Virus record (IMG/VR): IMGVR_UViG_3300029951_000012
Reading direction: 5' to 3' (one strand)
Length of the DNA stretch: 27,825 bases
DNA from: an uncultured virus (IMG/VR IMGVR_UViG_3300029951_000012)
Taxonomy: Duplodnaviria; Heunggongvirae; Uroviricota; Caudoviricetes
The notes below the pieces were generated by a model, which saw only the letters and a program-made list of their open reading frames with translations, was not told where the DNA came from and made no database searches. The position numbers and the translations under genes are program-made. Positions 9,422 to 17,326 of this stretch are shown here, piece after piece (position 1 is the stretch's first letter; each line of letters begins with the position of its first letter).

Positions 9422-11052
9422 GCGCTTCCCCTCCGCCGCTTATTCTCTGCCTCGAACTTTAGCATCGCCATGCCCTTCGTATGCATCGGCTTGTCGCCAA
9501 GGCTATCATAGAACTCATGCGCCCTCACCGACAAAGGTGCTTGAAGGTTTGCCGTGTGCATCGAGTATGCCCAATAGCGCAGGAAATCACCTACGTCATC
9601 CGCCTTTGTGGGCTGCTTCCAAACATCCTCAGCGCGGCCCGGATGCTTCGTATCTCGAATAAGCATCGGAACTGCTTCAATCGTGTCCGTGCAGCGAGAA
9701 GAAATAAATATCAGCGGGGTCTTCAAAGAGTAACCCCCTGCTTCCTTATCAAAGTCGTCGTCCAGCCGCGTCGGGGCCATCTTTCCCGCCAGCACATCAG
9801 CCGTTTTCTTCATCATCGCGTACAAAAAGCGCCAACCGCCGATACGCCCGTTAGCCGCTTGTTCTGCCCACGGCAACCCCGCCAGCCGCAACTCTTGATT
9901 GATCGTATCCGCCGTACTGTGGCCTTTGGAGTCCTTTTCCCACGCGTCCACAGACAGAAAATAACGCTTCATCTGCTTGCGCTCGTTCTCGTCCATCATG
10001 CCGACCAACTGTCGGATTAACTCGCCTTGTTCTGTCTCCTGCACTACATGGTCGCGCGTGAGCACCCAAACTTCCACAGGCTCGTCAATCACAACCCCAA
10101 AAACTTCATGGAACAGCTTAGGCGCAACCTTCCCTCCAGTCCCCCAGCCGCACGCCGCATGATGAACGAAACCGTCGTCATGACCTGCCCATCTGGGCCA
10201 CCACGGTTGCACAAGTTTGGCCTCTTGCTGCGCCGTAAGTATCAGCTTCGATTCGTCCCAAACCCCGGCGAAATACTGCCCAGCGAAGCTATCGAACGAG
10301 CCGAGAAGATGGCCGGCGCGGAGACTCTGTGGCAGCGCATTAAGTTTGCGGCCTTCAGCCGTCCTATCTACGAATAGCTCGAATCGTTCTTCGCTGCTCA
10401 TCGCGTAGAACTGCTTTGCGGTCAATCCCAACCCACTGAACCATACGAAATTGTCCCACCCAAACATGTGCACAAACTCATAGTCGGTTGGTCGTTCTCC
10501 GCCATGAAAGCGCCGCTGTGCGAATACCCTTCTCAGGAACTCAGTACCCACACCGCCAGGATTGAAGAATAGCGCCGTTTTGCACTCACCCAAAGCTGTA
10601 TCCGGCCAGCGGTTGCAGGTGTGCATAATCTGCAATTCGTACTCGCTGAACTGCTCGGCTTGGTCTACAAAAAGGTCGTAATACTGCACACCCCAGAACT
10701 TACGATCCACTTCCTGCTGATTCTCGGCATAGGCAAACACGATGCGAGAGCCGTTGGGCAATCTAAATTCATGGTCGCCAGCTCGCCAGTAGTCGCGCAA
10801 CTCAGGCCACTCGCGCATGAATTCGTCCACATGGTTGCGCTTGACCTCATCCCACACACGCCGAACAATGCACCCATCCGTGCCGGGTCGGTTCTGGCGG
10901 CGGTCGAGCATGATGCGACGGATAGCAGCGCTCTTACCACCCGCACGACTTCCGCCTCCGCCAATCCACGTCGCAGCATCAGGCCCGGTGCGGTAAATGA
11001 GTTTTCCGAGTTCTAGTTGCTTCGGTTGGAGAGAGAGTGTGATTGGAGCCAT
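9403..11052 (-). CDS. terL: Terminase large subunit
   Basis: Walker A GGSRAGGKS, Walker B-like LFVDQAE, NPGG motif, RNase H-like nuclease residues (GHDDG, DDVGDFLRY). Confidence 0.92.
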   Translation of the reverse strand: MAPITLSLQPKQLELGKLIYRTGPDAATWIGGGGSRAGGKSAAIRRIMLDRRQNRPGTDGCIVRRVWDEVKRNHVDEFMREWPELRDYWRAGDHEFRLPNGSRIVFAYAENQQEVDRKFWGVQYYDLFVDQAEQFSEYELQIMHTCNRWPDTALGECKTALFFNPGGVGTEFLRRVFAQRRFHGGERPTDYEFVHMFGWDNFVWFSGLGLTAKQFYAMSSEERFELFVDRTAEGRKLNALPQSLRAGHLLGSFDSFAGQYFAGVWDESKLILTAQQEAKLVQPWWPRWAGHDDGFVHHAACGWGTGGKVAPKLFHEVFGVVIDEPVEVWVLTRDHVVQETEQGELIRQLVGMMDENERKQMKRYFLSVDAWEKDSKGHSTADTINQELRLAGLPWAEQAANGRIGGWRFLYAMMKKTADVLAGKMAPTRLDDDFDKEAGGYSLKTPLIFISSRCTDTIEAVPMLIRDTKHPGRAEDVWKQPTKADDVGDFLRYWAYSMHTANLQAPLSVRAHEFYDSLGDKPMHTKGMAMLKFEAENKRRRGSAWSGRQ

Positions 11053-11255
11053 TTACCCGCCAACTGGACAGTCTTCGCCTAATCCGCATCCGCAATCATG
11101 GCTAGCTATTTCCGCGCGGTACATATCCAGCAGTGCGTCGAAGTCAGACGCAACACCCAGCCAGAACCATTGCCAGCCAACACCTCCCATTTCGAATGAT
11201 TGTCTAGGAATTGTCGCTCTACCTTCTCAGGGTCGAACTCAAGGGGTGCGCTCAT
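11053..11255 (-). pseudogene. Small gene with an apparent 1-nt frameshift
   Basis: ATG at 11255 (ATGA-coupled) to TAA at 11053 (abutting the terL ATG) spans 203 nt. Adding one base near 11151 gives ...GSGWVLASDFDALLDMYRAE...CPVGG. Confidence 0.35.
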
Positions 11256-11527
11256 CTTGCCTCCAAAGTCAGTTGCGTGTTGGTCATGTCGTAGATGCGG
11301 TATTCAGGGTCAAGCGGCCAACCTAAAACGCGATAAACCCACTTGAAAATTACGCGGTCTCCATCCTGCCAGATGCGCCAGAAGAACCAATCAGGATGCG
11401 GATAACCTTTAGAGATTACGACCCAACCGCCAAGCGAAAACGGTGCAGTATTTGTGAGTGTAATCGTTGATGTGAATTTGTCAGCCAATCCAATCGTCAT
11501 TTTGACGCCAACCCATGCCGTACTCAT
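11252..11527 (-). CDS. Hypothetical Trp-rich protein, moron-like (own promoter)
   Basis: 91 aa; TGTACT-17-TATACT lies 7 nt upstream of the ATG; no SD. Confidence 0.6.
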   Translation of the reverse strand: MSTAWVGVKMTIGLADKFTSTITLTNTAPFSLGGWVVISKGYPHPDWFFWRIWQDGDRVIFKWVYRVLGWPLDPEYRIYDMTNTQLTLEAR

Positions 11528-11568
11528 TGGGTACAGTATACCCGTTTTGGGTGGTCAAGTACACCCAA

Positions 11569-11925
11569 CTAGCTCACATGAGCAATGACTGAACCGGGCC
11601 CTGCGCCACTCGCAACCGCCCAGTAATAAGCATAGCCCAGCGTGTCCTGATAGCTTGTGCCAGCCGTAGGAGTGCCCACAGAAACACCATTTTGCGGCGC
11701 TCCACCTGAACCACCCGTAGGCGGCGTGTTGCTGCCGTAGATCGTTGCCCCAATGCCCACACACTGAAACGTGATGCTCCGCCGCGCAACCGCACCCGAA
11801 TCCAGCGGCGCAATTACGCGCGAAATCGACCCCATAGCAATTGTGTCCGTCGCTGAAAACAAAGGCGTTGTCGTGCCTGAAGAGACTTGAATCGTGAGCG
11901 GCCCGTAAGGGTTGAAGAGTGGCAT
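11569..11925 (-). CDS. Hypothetical small beta-rich protein (possibly virion-associated)
   Basis: 118 aa, G/S/T-rich, GGAGG SD, starts directly after the terS stop. Confidence 0.7.
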   Translation of the reverse strand: MPLFNPYGPLTIQVSSGTTTPLFSATDTIAMGSISRVIAPLDSGAVARRSITFQCVGIGATIYGSNTPPTGGSGGAPQNGVSVGTPTAGTSYQDTLGYAYYWAVASGAGPGSVIAHVS

Positions 11926-12399
11926 CTATTCCTCCAGAATCGACTTCGTAACGAATTGTATAGGAGCGCCGTCCTTGCCGGTGTGCTCATTCAAAACCTT
12001 GTCCCCGTACTTGCGTGGGTTTAGTTGCCCGATATGCCTGGAGATGGTCTGCACAATCAGCGTAGATCGCGCCACATTATCCCCTGTACGCGTCTCGCGA
12101 CCATTCTTATCGCTTTCGGTTACAACTTCACCAAGTAATGGGGTTAGCGCATATTCGGTGCGCTCATCCGCAAGCATATCGGCTCGCATCTCACGCGCAC
12201 GCGCGGACTGTGCCATAAACTCTGGATTCTCTTCCATCCACTTGTAAATGGTTCCAGTGCAAGGGATTGTCTTGTTTGGGAATTCGTTTGCTAAGTCCTT
12301 GAGAATAGATCTCATACCTTTAACTTCAGAAGACCAACGGAAGCAAAGTTCATCCGCTATCTCTTGGTCGAAAGGAGTTTGAGGTCTACCGCCAGCCAT
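11926..12399 (-). CDS. terS: Terminase small subunit (Sf6/P22-like)
   Basis: MAGGRP..F...IADELC, IP..GTIYKW, ARARE..AD..ADE, LNPRKYGDK, EHTGKDGAPI motifs; upstream of terL. Confidence 0.9.
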   Translation of the reverse strand: MAGGRPQTPFDQEIADELCFRWSSEVKGMRSILKDLANEFPNKTIPCTGTIYKWMEENPEFMAQSARAREMRADMLADERTEYALTPLLGEVVTESDKNGRETRTGDNVARSTLIVQTISRHIGQLNPRKYGDKVLNEHTGKDGAPIQFVTKSILEE

Positions 12400-12480
12400 A
12401 GGGGCTAAGGATATCAGACAGCCACGAGAAAATAAATGCCATTTATCCCTTGACTCGCAGATAATTGATGGCTTATATTC
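12400..12480. promoter_or_regulatory. Divergent promoter region with palindromic operator-like site
   Basis: Rightward TTGACT-18-TATATT (12450-12479); leftward TTTATT-17-TATCCT with TGn, just before the terS ATG; perfect palindrome ATAAATG-C-CATTTAT at 12432-12446. Confidence 0.55.
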
Positions 12481-12500
12481 ACCACATGGAGGAAACAAAC

Positions 12501-12752
12501 ATGACACTCGATGAGCAGATTATAAAGGCAGGAAAGGCCACCGCACAGGCATTACGCGCTGTTCGTGATGCACGCAACGCTTCCCAACTTCAACATGGTG
12601 GGGCTAACTTCAGCAAGACTACAGACGCGCTCAATACGGTTGCTGACCAAATGGCAGAGCTTTATGAGAGGTTGGAACTTGAGATTGCAGCTTCCAATCG
12701 TAGCGAGGTTCAGGCGCACTCGAACAAGATGGAATCTCTCACATGCGCATAA
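12501..12752 (+). CDS. Hypothetical helical protein
   Basis: GGAGG SD then MTLDEQIIKAG..., 83 aa. Confidence 0.7.
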   Translation: MTLDEQIIKAGKATAQALRAVRDARNASQLQHGGANFSKTTDALNTVADQMAELYERLELEIAASNRSEVQAHSNKMESLTCA

Positions 12753-12946
12753 CTCACTATCTTGCTAAGTTCGCGGTGGTGCTTCGGCTGCTAGATCGCC
12801 ACCGCGATTGCAAAACATGTGGTGGTTGTATCTGGTCTGGGATGCAGGCCACCTTGTTACTCAGTAATGGCAAAGAACTTGGAATTTTCTGCTGTCGAGA
12901 ATGCTTGGATGAGTATTATGTCGGTGCCCCTGTGGAGGCCAAATGA
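12743..12946 (+). CDS. Small zinc-finger protein (CxxC...CCxxC)
   Basis: 67-aa ORF overlapping both neighbours. Confidence 0.6.
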   Translation: MRITHYLAKFAVVLRLLDRHRDCKTCGGCIWSGMQATLLLSNGKELGIFCCRECLDEYYVGAPVEAK

Positions 12947-13053
12947 AACCATCACCCAAGCCCGTAGGCCGTCCCCCAAAACTATACCAGTGCCTCACTT
13001 GCGAGAAAATCATGGGCGCGGCAGCAGTGCGTATCCATAAGTGTGAGTCATAG
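12943..13053 (+). CDS. 36-aa AT-hook-like plus zinc-finger micro-protein
   Basis: Hand-translated MKPSPKPVGRPPKLYQCLTCEKIMGAAAVRIHKCES; GGAGG SD and ATGA overlap. Confidence 0.6.
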   Translation: MKPSPKPVGRPPKLYQCLTCEKIMGAAAVRIHKCES

Positions 13054-13141
13054 GGGTAAGTAAGCAAAAGGGTTAGCGCGAGGTTCTGGCGAGTTCTTCG
13101 CGACCCTGACTGCATCAAACGTCTTAGAAATGTGAGGTCAC

Positions 13142-13300
13142 ATGATTATCATCATCCTGCTCGTGCTCGTGATTATGAACGGCGTAGGCTTTGGCAATGC
13201 GGCTCCCGGTGGCTGGCGCTATGGGTACGGCGGTTTGGGCCTCATCCTCTTCGTCCTGCTCATCCTAGGCGTGCTGGGCATCATTCCTGGAGTCAAGTAG
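13142..13300 (+). CDS. DUF3309-like small two-helix membrane protein
   Basis: Hand-translated MIIIILLVLVIM...GGWRYGYGGLGLILFVLLILGVLG; GAGGT SD; pattern resembles DUF3309. Confidence 0.6.
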   Translation: MIIIILLVLVIMNGVGFGNAAPGGWRYGYGGLGLILFVLLILGVLGIIPGVK

Positions 13301-13321
13301 GCTGAAGGCCATCCTCGCTAG

Positions 13322-13564
13322 TCAAAATACAGGGAAGACTCGCACGCCATTAGCTACCGCAACCAAGTCCAGATTCAACTCTTCGCAGCGCTTCTCTAAC
13401 TCCGCAATCCTATCCAGCAGCTTGATTACGGCTTCTGGGGATGCCGCTGCTCGGAAGTCACTGAATGCTGCAAACTGCGGGTCAGGGTGGGGCACGAGAT
13501 TGACGCGAATAGGACTATCAATTTCTGCCTGTGCCAGCGCTCTCAGTTCATCATTGGGGGTCAT
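13322..13564 (-). CDS. Ead/Ea22-like protein
   Basis: ELRALA...AAASPEAVIKLLDRIAELE matches the Ead/Ea22-like AAAxP.xVLxLLD pattern; GGAG SD. Confidence 0.7.
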   Translation of the reverse strand: MTPNDELRALAQAEIDSPIRVNLVPHPDPQFAAFSDFRAAASPEAVIKLLDRIAELEKRCEELNLDLVAVANGVRVFPVF

Positions 13565-13700
13565 AAATTCTCCGTTTCTTAGGAGCATAAGGGCATCCCT
13601 GCGCGTGGTCGTATTCGTTGGGGAGCTTCTTCACACCTTTGGGCTTCATTGGTTGCGCGCAATGGCGGCATAACTTGTAAACCGGAGCATCATTGGTCAT
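13551..13700 (-). CDS. Small zinc-binding protein (49 aa, CRHC...H...C)
   Basis: Hand-translated MTNDAPVYKLCRHCAQPM...; GAGG SD. Confidence 0.5.
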   Translation of the reverse strand: MTNDAPVYKLCRHCAQPMKPKGVKKLPNEYDHAQGCPYAPKKRRIYDPQ

Positions 13701-13799
13701 TGGGTTTCCTCTCGGCTGCTACAAGTTGGTCAATGCGCTGGAGAAAGTTAAGGTAATTATATACTTGACACACAGGGAGGTTCGGAGTAGCGTAGGTAC

Positions 13800-14237
13800 A
13801 TGGACGCTCCGAACACACTCCAGCAAGCAATAGTCTACTTCTCTGACCCCGACCGGGCCTTCCAATACGCGCTGAATCTGCGCTGGCCGGATGGTCTGGT
13901 AACTTGCCCGCGCTGCGGCTCCGATAAGCACTCATTCGTGAAGACCCGCCGACTCTGGCACTGCAAGGGCTGTAAAAAGCAGTTCACCCTCAAAGTCGGC
14001 ACAGTGTTCGAGGATAGCCCGCTGGGACTCGACAAATGGATGTGTGCGTTTTGGATGCTCTGTAATTGCAGGAATGGAGTCAGTTCGTGTGAGGTCGCCC
14101 GCGCTCTGGATATCACGCAAAAATCGGCTTGGTTCTTGCTTCATAGAATCCGCGAGGCCATGACCGATAAGACTGGAACGAAGCTCGGCAATGTTGGCCC
14201 TGTCGAAGTATTCGTGTTTCATAATGGCCTCACCTAA
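13800..14237 (+). pseudogene. Truncated IS1595 transposase (zinc ribbon + HTH, no DDE domain)
   Basis: RWPDG..CPRCG...W.CKGC.KQFT..VGTVFEDS.L.L.KW...GVSS....R.L.ITQKSAWF..HRIR. Similarity ends at GPVEV, immediately before the catalytic D of the usual VEVDE motif. Confidence 0.9.
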
Positions 14238-14248
14238 GAGGATAGACC

Positions 14249-15415
14249 ATGCCGTTAGAAGGCGACGATCATAAAGATAATGCCAGCGATACTGCCCACC
14301 AGATAGCCTCCAACCAAGGCGGCGAATCCGGCTCCGGCTTGCCGCCCGCTGCTGGCCCTGCGAATCCGCCACCACCCCCACCCAGCGAGAATCATGCCGC
14401 CAACGGCTCCAATCAGTGGCGCGAGAATACCAAACTTGGCCTTGAGATAGGCGGCTTGTTTATCTTGCTTATTTACACTGTGTTCTCCGCGCTCCAATGG
14501 GCGCAGATTCGCTGGACCAATCGCCTGACTAGAGAAGCTCTGGACGGGAACAACTCGGCTCTCCAGCAGACTCTTGGAAGAATGGATTGGCAGGCGCAGG
14601 AAACTCACGAAATAGCTAAACAAACTCTCACGCAACAACTCCAGACCACCAAAATTGCGAATGAGACGCATGACCTCGCCATTGCCACCAGAAGCGAGGC
14701 CGGAGCCGCTGAGAGCGCGGCTGGTACTGCTGCTGCCGAACTCACTATGTCGAATCGTCCGTGGGTATCCGTTGAGGTAGAAATTGTCGGGCCGCTCACT
14801 CATGTGATGTGGCCGGGAACGGGCGGAGAGTTCCTTCAATTGCCTTTGAAGTTTCACTACAAAAACACGGGAAGAACGCCGGCCTTGGCTGTAACTTCCG
14901 ATGCGCGGATTATCCAGACCAGATTCGGATATTCTCCAGGACTCAAGGACGATGCCACCCTGAGCGATTCCAGGAGTTTTGCTAGGGGTGGAAAGTCTAT
15001 CCCGGGAACAAATTCCGGTGCCGAACTGCGAGATGTTTGCAAATCGGGGATTAGTCCCACCAAAGTACGTCAGATGGATGGGCTCAACTGGGGAAGATTG
15101 TTGGCTGGCGACGGAGGCTCCTACGATGACTTCATCAACATTCAAACCCCGCTGACCCAATTTGATCGCGCTGGTCTTACTCTGAAGGGACGCGTGTCCG
15201 ATGTTCCCATGCCTCTTACCGTAGTGGTCTGCACCTCCTACAGAGCTACCTTCAACGATGACACTCATCAAGTCGGAGGGGTCTACATATTGGGACGAAG
15301 GGATCCTGCAAGTCCGGGTGGGATGGATGGCATTAACCCCTTCGACAAGACTCCAATCCTTCCCAAGGATTTGGGTTGGATGCGGAGCGTAGCCAATGCG
15401 GGATTTTCTAACTAA
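14249..15415 (+). CDS. IS passenger gene: single-pass membrane protein with coiled coil and beta-rich C-terminal domain
   Basis: 388 aa, GAGG SD, TM segment IGGLFILLIYTVFSAL, RPWVSV...KNTGRTPA motif; lies entirely inside the TIRs. Confidence 0.75.
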   Translation: MPLEGDDHKDNASDTAHQIASNQGGESGSGLPPAAGPANPPPPPPSENHAANGSNQWRENTKLGLEIGGLFILLIYTVFSALQWAQIRWTNRLTREALDGNNSALQQTLGRMDWQAQETHEIAKQTLTQQLQTTKIANETHDLAIATRSEAGAAESAAGTAAAELTMSNRPWVSVEVEIVGPLTHVMWPGTGGEFLQLPLKFHYKNTGRTPALAVTSDARIIQTRFGYSPGLKDDATLSDSRSFARGGKSIPGTNSGAELRDVCKSGISPTKVRQMDGLNWGRLLAGDGGSYDDFINIQTPLTQFDRAGLTLKGRVSDVPMPLTVVVCTSYRATFNDDTHQVGGVYILGRRDPASPGGMDGINPFDKTPILPKDLGWMRSVANAGFSN

Positions 15416-15781
15416 TCCTGCAAGCGCAACCCCAATAAGCACACACAGCAAAAGCACTAGCCCTGTCACGGCAAACCCAGCATGACCTAAAGAGGCTTGT
15501 GCGTCAAGTATATGTTTACCAAAGTTAAGCCGCGCAGTCGGGCGTCCTTCAACTTTTCCGCCTAAACGAGCCACGGCCATATTCAGCACGCCATCACGCA
15601 TCGCAAGCTCCGATTCAAGCGGCCCTAGAACCTTCTCGGATTGGGCAAGAATATGCTCGTAAATGCGGTTGTACTGATGAACCGTGAGATCGAGCGACAG
15701 ATTTACTTCGTGCATGATGCTTTCAGTAAGTCTTCCTGCGGTCGTGTTTGGCGTTTCCATTTTCTACTCCATTCTCCGCGT

Positions 15782-15976
15782 CTATCGTGGTTTGGTTTCC
15801 AGCTTTAGCAGGGCAACTCGCACTACACGCAGCTTGCGTCGAATCTTCACGCCGCGCAGAACTTCCTCTGCACGCTCGCGGTTCTTGAATATCGCAAACT
15901 GCCCATCAAAGGCTAGGTAATCGCCGTTCTTGTCTACGATGCCATGCGGCTCTATTTTCTCGCTGCTCATACCCAT
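15782..15976 (-). CDS. Small hypothetical protein
   Basis: 64 aa, AAGGAG SD. Confidence 0.65.
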   Translation of the reverse strand: MGMSSEKIEPHGIVDKNGDYLAFDGQFAIFKNRERAEEVLRGVKIRRKLRVVRVALLKLETKPR

Positions 15977-15987
15977 TACTCCTTGCC

Positions 15988-16440
15988 TCAGCTACAGTCC
16001 ACATTCAACCAAACCTCGATAGCGCTCCATCGCGTGGTTACGATATCTGCCATCTTCACCATGAGGTCAGGTTCTCGCGTTCCCGGAATGTATGCTGCGA
16101 CGAGCCGGCCTGCACCTACCGCATACCCCATTTCCATGCTTGCACTTGGGCCGCACGGCATGACCATGATGCAGCAATCCGCACGCTTCAACGCATCCAT
16201 ATCTCGGTTGAACCCTTCGATGGCTAACGGATGCGAGAGTGCCGCGACATACTCTGCTGGCGTCCAGTTCTGCCAGTTGGGGTCGATGAACCTCCACCCA
16301 AAGCCACCCTCTCCCTCTGCCGCGCTCCAACCATCCCCACCAGCCTTGAAGTCATAAACCTCATGTCCTAAACCACGAAGCTTTGCCACGACCTCTTGCT
16401 GGAATGTGTTGCGCCACGAACTAGCAACGTAAATCTTCAT
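15988..16440 (-). CDS. Nucleoside 2-deoxyribosyltransferase-like (NDT) protein
   Basis: KIYVAS...HEVYDF...F.RDM.AL..AD.....PCG.SA.ME.GYA.G.G pattern typical of the NDT-like fold. Confidence 0.75.
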   Translation of the reverse strand: MKIYVASSWRNTFQQEVVAKLRGLGHEVYDFKAGGDGWSAAEGEGGFGWRFIDPNWQNWTPAEYVAALSHPLAIEGFNRDMDALKRADCCIMVMPCGPSASMEMGYAVGAGRLVAAYIPGTREPDLMVKMADIVTTRWSAIEVWLNVDCS

Positions 16441-16471
16441 TCGTCTCCTGCTTTCTGGCTCTCGCCCTTGC

Positions 16472-16633
16472 TCACTTTACCTTTATGCCGAGTTTGTCTA
16501 CCGTGCGCTTTGTTGCCCAGCCGCCCGCTAGGAGGTTGTAGAGCGTTTGTCGGGATACGCGCCGTTTCTTAGCAAGCGTCCGCAGACCACCTGCTTCCTT
16601 GATGAGTCGTTTTACCTGCGCTGATACTTCCAT
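16472..16633 (-). CDS. Cro-like helix-turn-helix regulator (53 aa)
   Basis: GGLRTLAKKRRVSRQTLYNLLAG HTH; first gene of the leftward operon. Confidence 0.8.
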   Translation of the reverse strand: MEVSAQVKRLIKEAGGLRTLAKKRRVSRQTLYNLLAGGWATKRTVDKLGIKVK

Positions 16634-16640
16634 GAGCACA

Positions 16641-16705
16641 ACTGTAATTATTTTAGAGAAAGATGTCAAGGGGGTATTGACATGTCCAATCACATCGGCT
16701 AAATT
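16641..16705. promoter_or_regulatory. Back-to-back sigma70 promoters
   Basis: Rightward TTGACA(16677-82)-17-TAAATT(16700-05); leftward TTGACA(16669-64)-17-TACAGT(16646-41). Confidence 0.85.
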
Positions 16706-16745
16706 GGGTACACGCTCAAGAACGACAGAGCACAGGAGATGACAC

Positions 16746-16991
16746 ATGGCACAAGAGTTGGATACTACCTATAAAGTCGTTAGGCGCGAGGGATGGTGGT
16801 CGGTATACCGTTTTCTTGGTGTCGAGCGTCAGACGCAAATGTATTCAACCATGAACAAGATAAAGGCCGTTGCCGTCGCCGAATACCTGGCCGAGCGGGA
16901 ATCTATCTGCTCATATTGCCACGGCAATGCTTACTTGGAGCGCACTCCATGCCCTAAATGCGGAAGAAACAAACTGGTAGTTGCGGCCTAA
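16746..16991 (+). CDS. Hypothetical protein with C-terminal CxxCxG...CxxCG zinc motif
   Basis: 81 aa, AGGAG SD, first gene after the rightward promoter. Confidence 0.75.
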   Translation: MAQELDTTYKVVRREGWWSVYRFLGVERQTQMYSTMNKIKAVAVAEYLAERESICSYCHGNAYLERTPCPKCGRNKLVVAA

Positions 16992-17051
16992 GCTGATTCA
17001 CCCCCACCACTCAACCGTCTAGCGGAGTTGCTAGAAGAAAAAGGTCTTACG

Positions 17052-17195
17052 ATGAAGCACGGATATACATGCTCATGCGGATGGCAGTTGAAGCGGGTTG
17101 GCACGCGGCGCGGCTATGCTCAGGCTAAAGAACAGCACGCGAACTCCTGCGCCTTTCTGAAAAAGGAACTTGAGCGCTCAGGCAAGCGGGCATGA
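17052..17195 (+). CDS. Small zinc-finger-like protein (47 aa, CSCG...H...C)
   Basis: Hand-translated MKHGYTCSCGWQLKRVG...; coupled to the next ORF. Confidence 0.5.
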   Translation: MKHGYTCSCGWQLKRVGTRRGYAQAKEQHANSCAFLKKELERSGKRA

Positions 17196-17326
17196 CCTAC
17201 GACGCTACCGCGCTCCTCGCCATCTACGTTTTCCTAGCCATACCTGCGTTCCTTGCGGCAATAGGTATTACTCACTGGCTGGTTGAGTTTGTAATGTTTG
17301 CAGCACACCTTTGGAGGACACGATAA
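17192..17326 (+). CDS. Small membrane peptide (44 aa)
   Basis: Hand-translated MTYDATALLAIYVFLAIPAFLAAIGITHWL...; ATGA and TAATG overlaps. Confidence 0.55.
   Translation: MTYDATALLAIYVFLAIPAFLAAIGITHWLVEFVMFAAHLWRTR

Larger units (their letters stand above)
13752..15520 (+). mobile_element. Non-autonomous IS1595-family element (1769 bp) carrying a passenger gene
   Basis: TIRs GGTAATTATATACTTGACACACA (13752-13774) and reverse-complement GGTAAACATATACTTGACGCACA (15498-15520), 20/23 identical; 8-bp TSD AAAGTTAA at 13744-13751 and 15521-15528. Confidence 0.93.
13690..15760 (-). pseudogene. ~97-aa phage gene split by the IS insertion
   Basis: Removing the element and one TSD joins METPNTTAG...RPTARLNF (15760-15521) in frame to LQRIDQLVAAERKPNDQ* (13743-13690). 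Confidence 0.8.

Noticed and set aside
362..12247. Long plus-strand ORFs over the structural module (e.g. 362-976, 2182-2865, 3279-4262)
   Set aside because: Shadow frames of well-supported minus-strand genes; no SDs or recognisable motifs.
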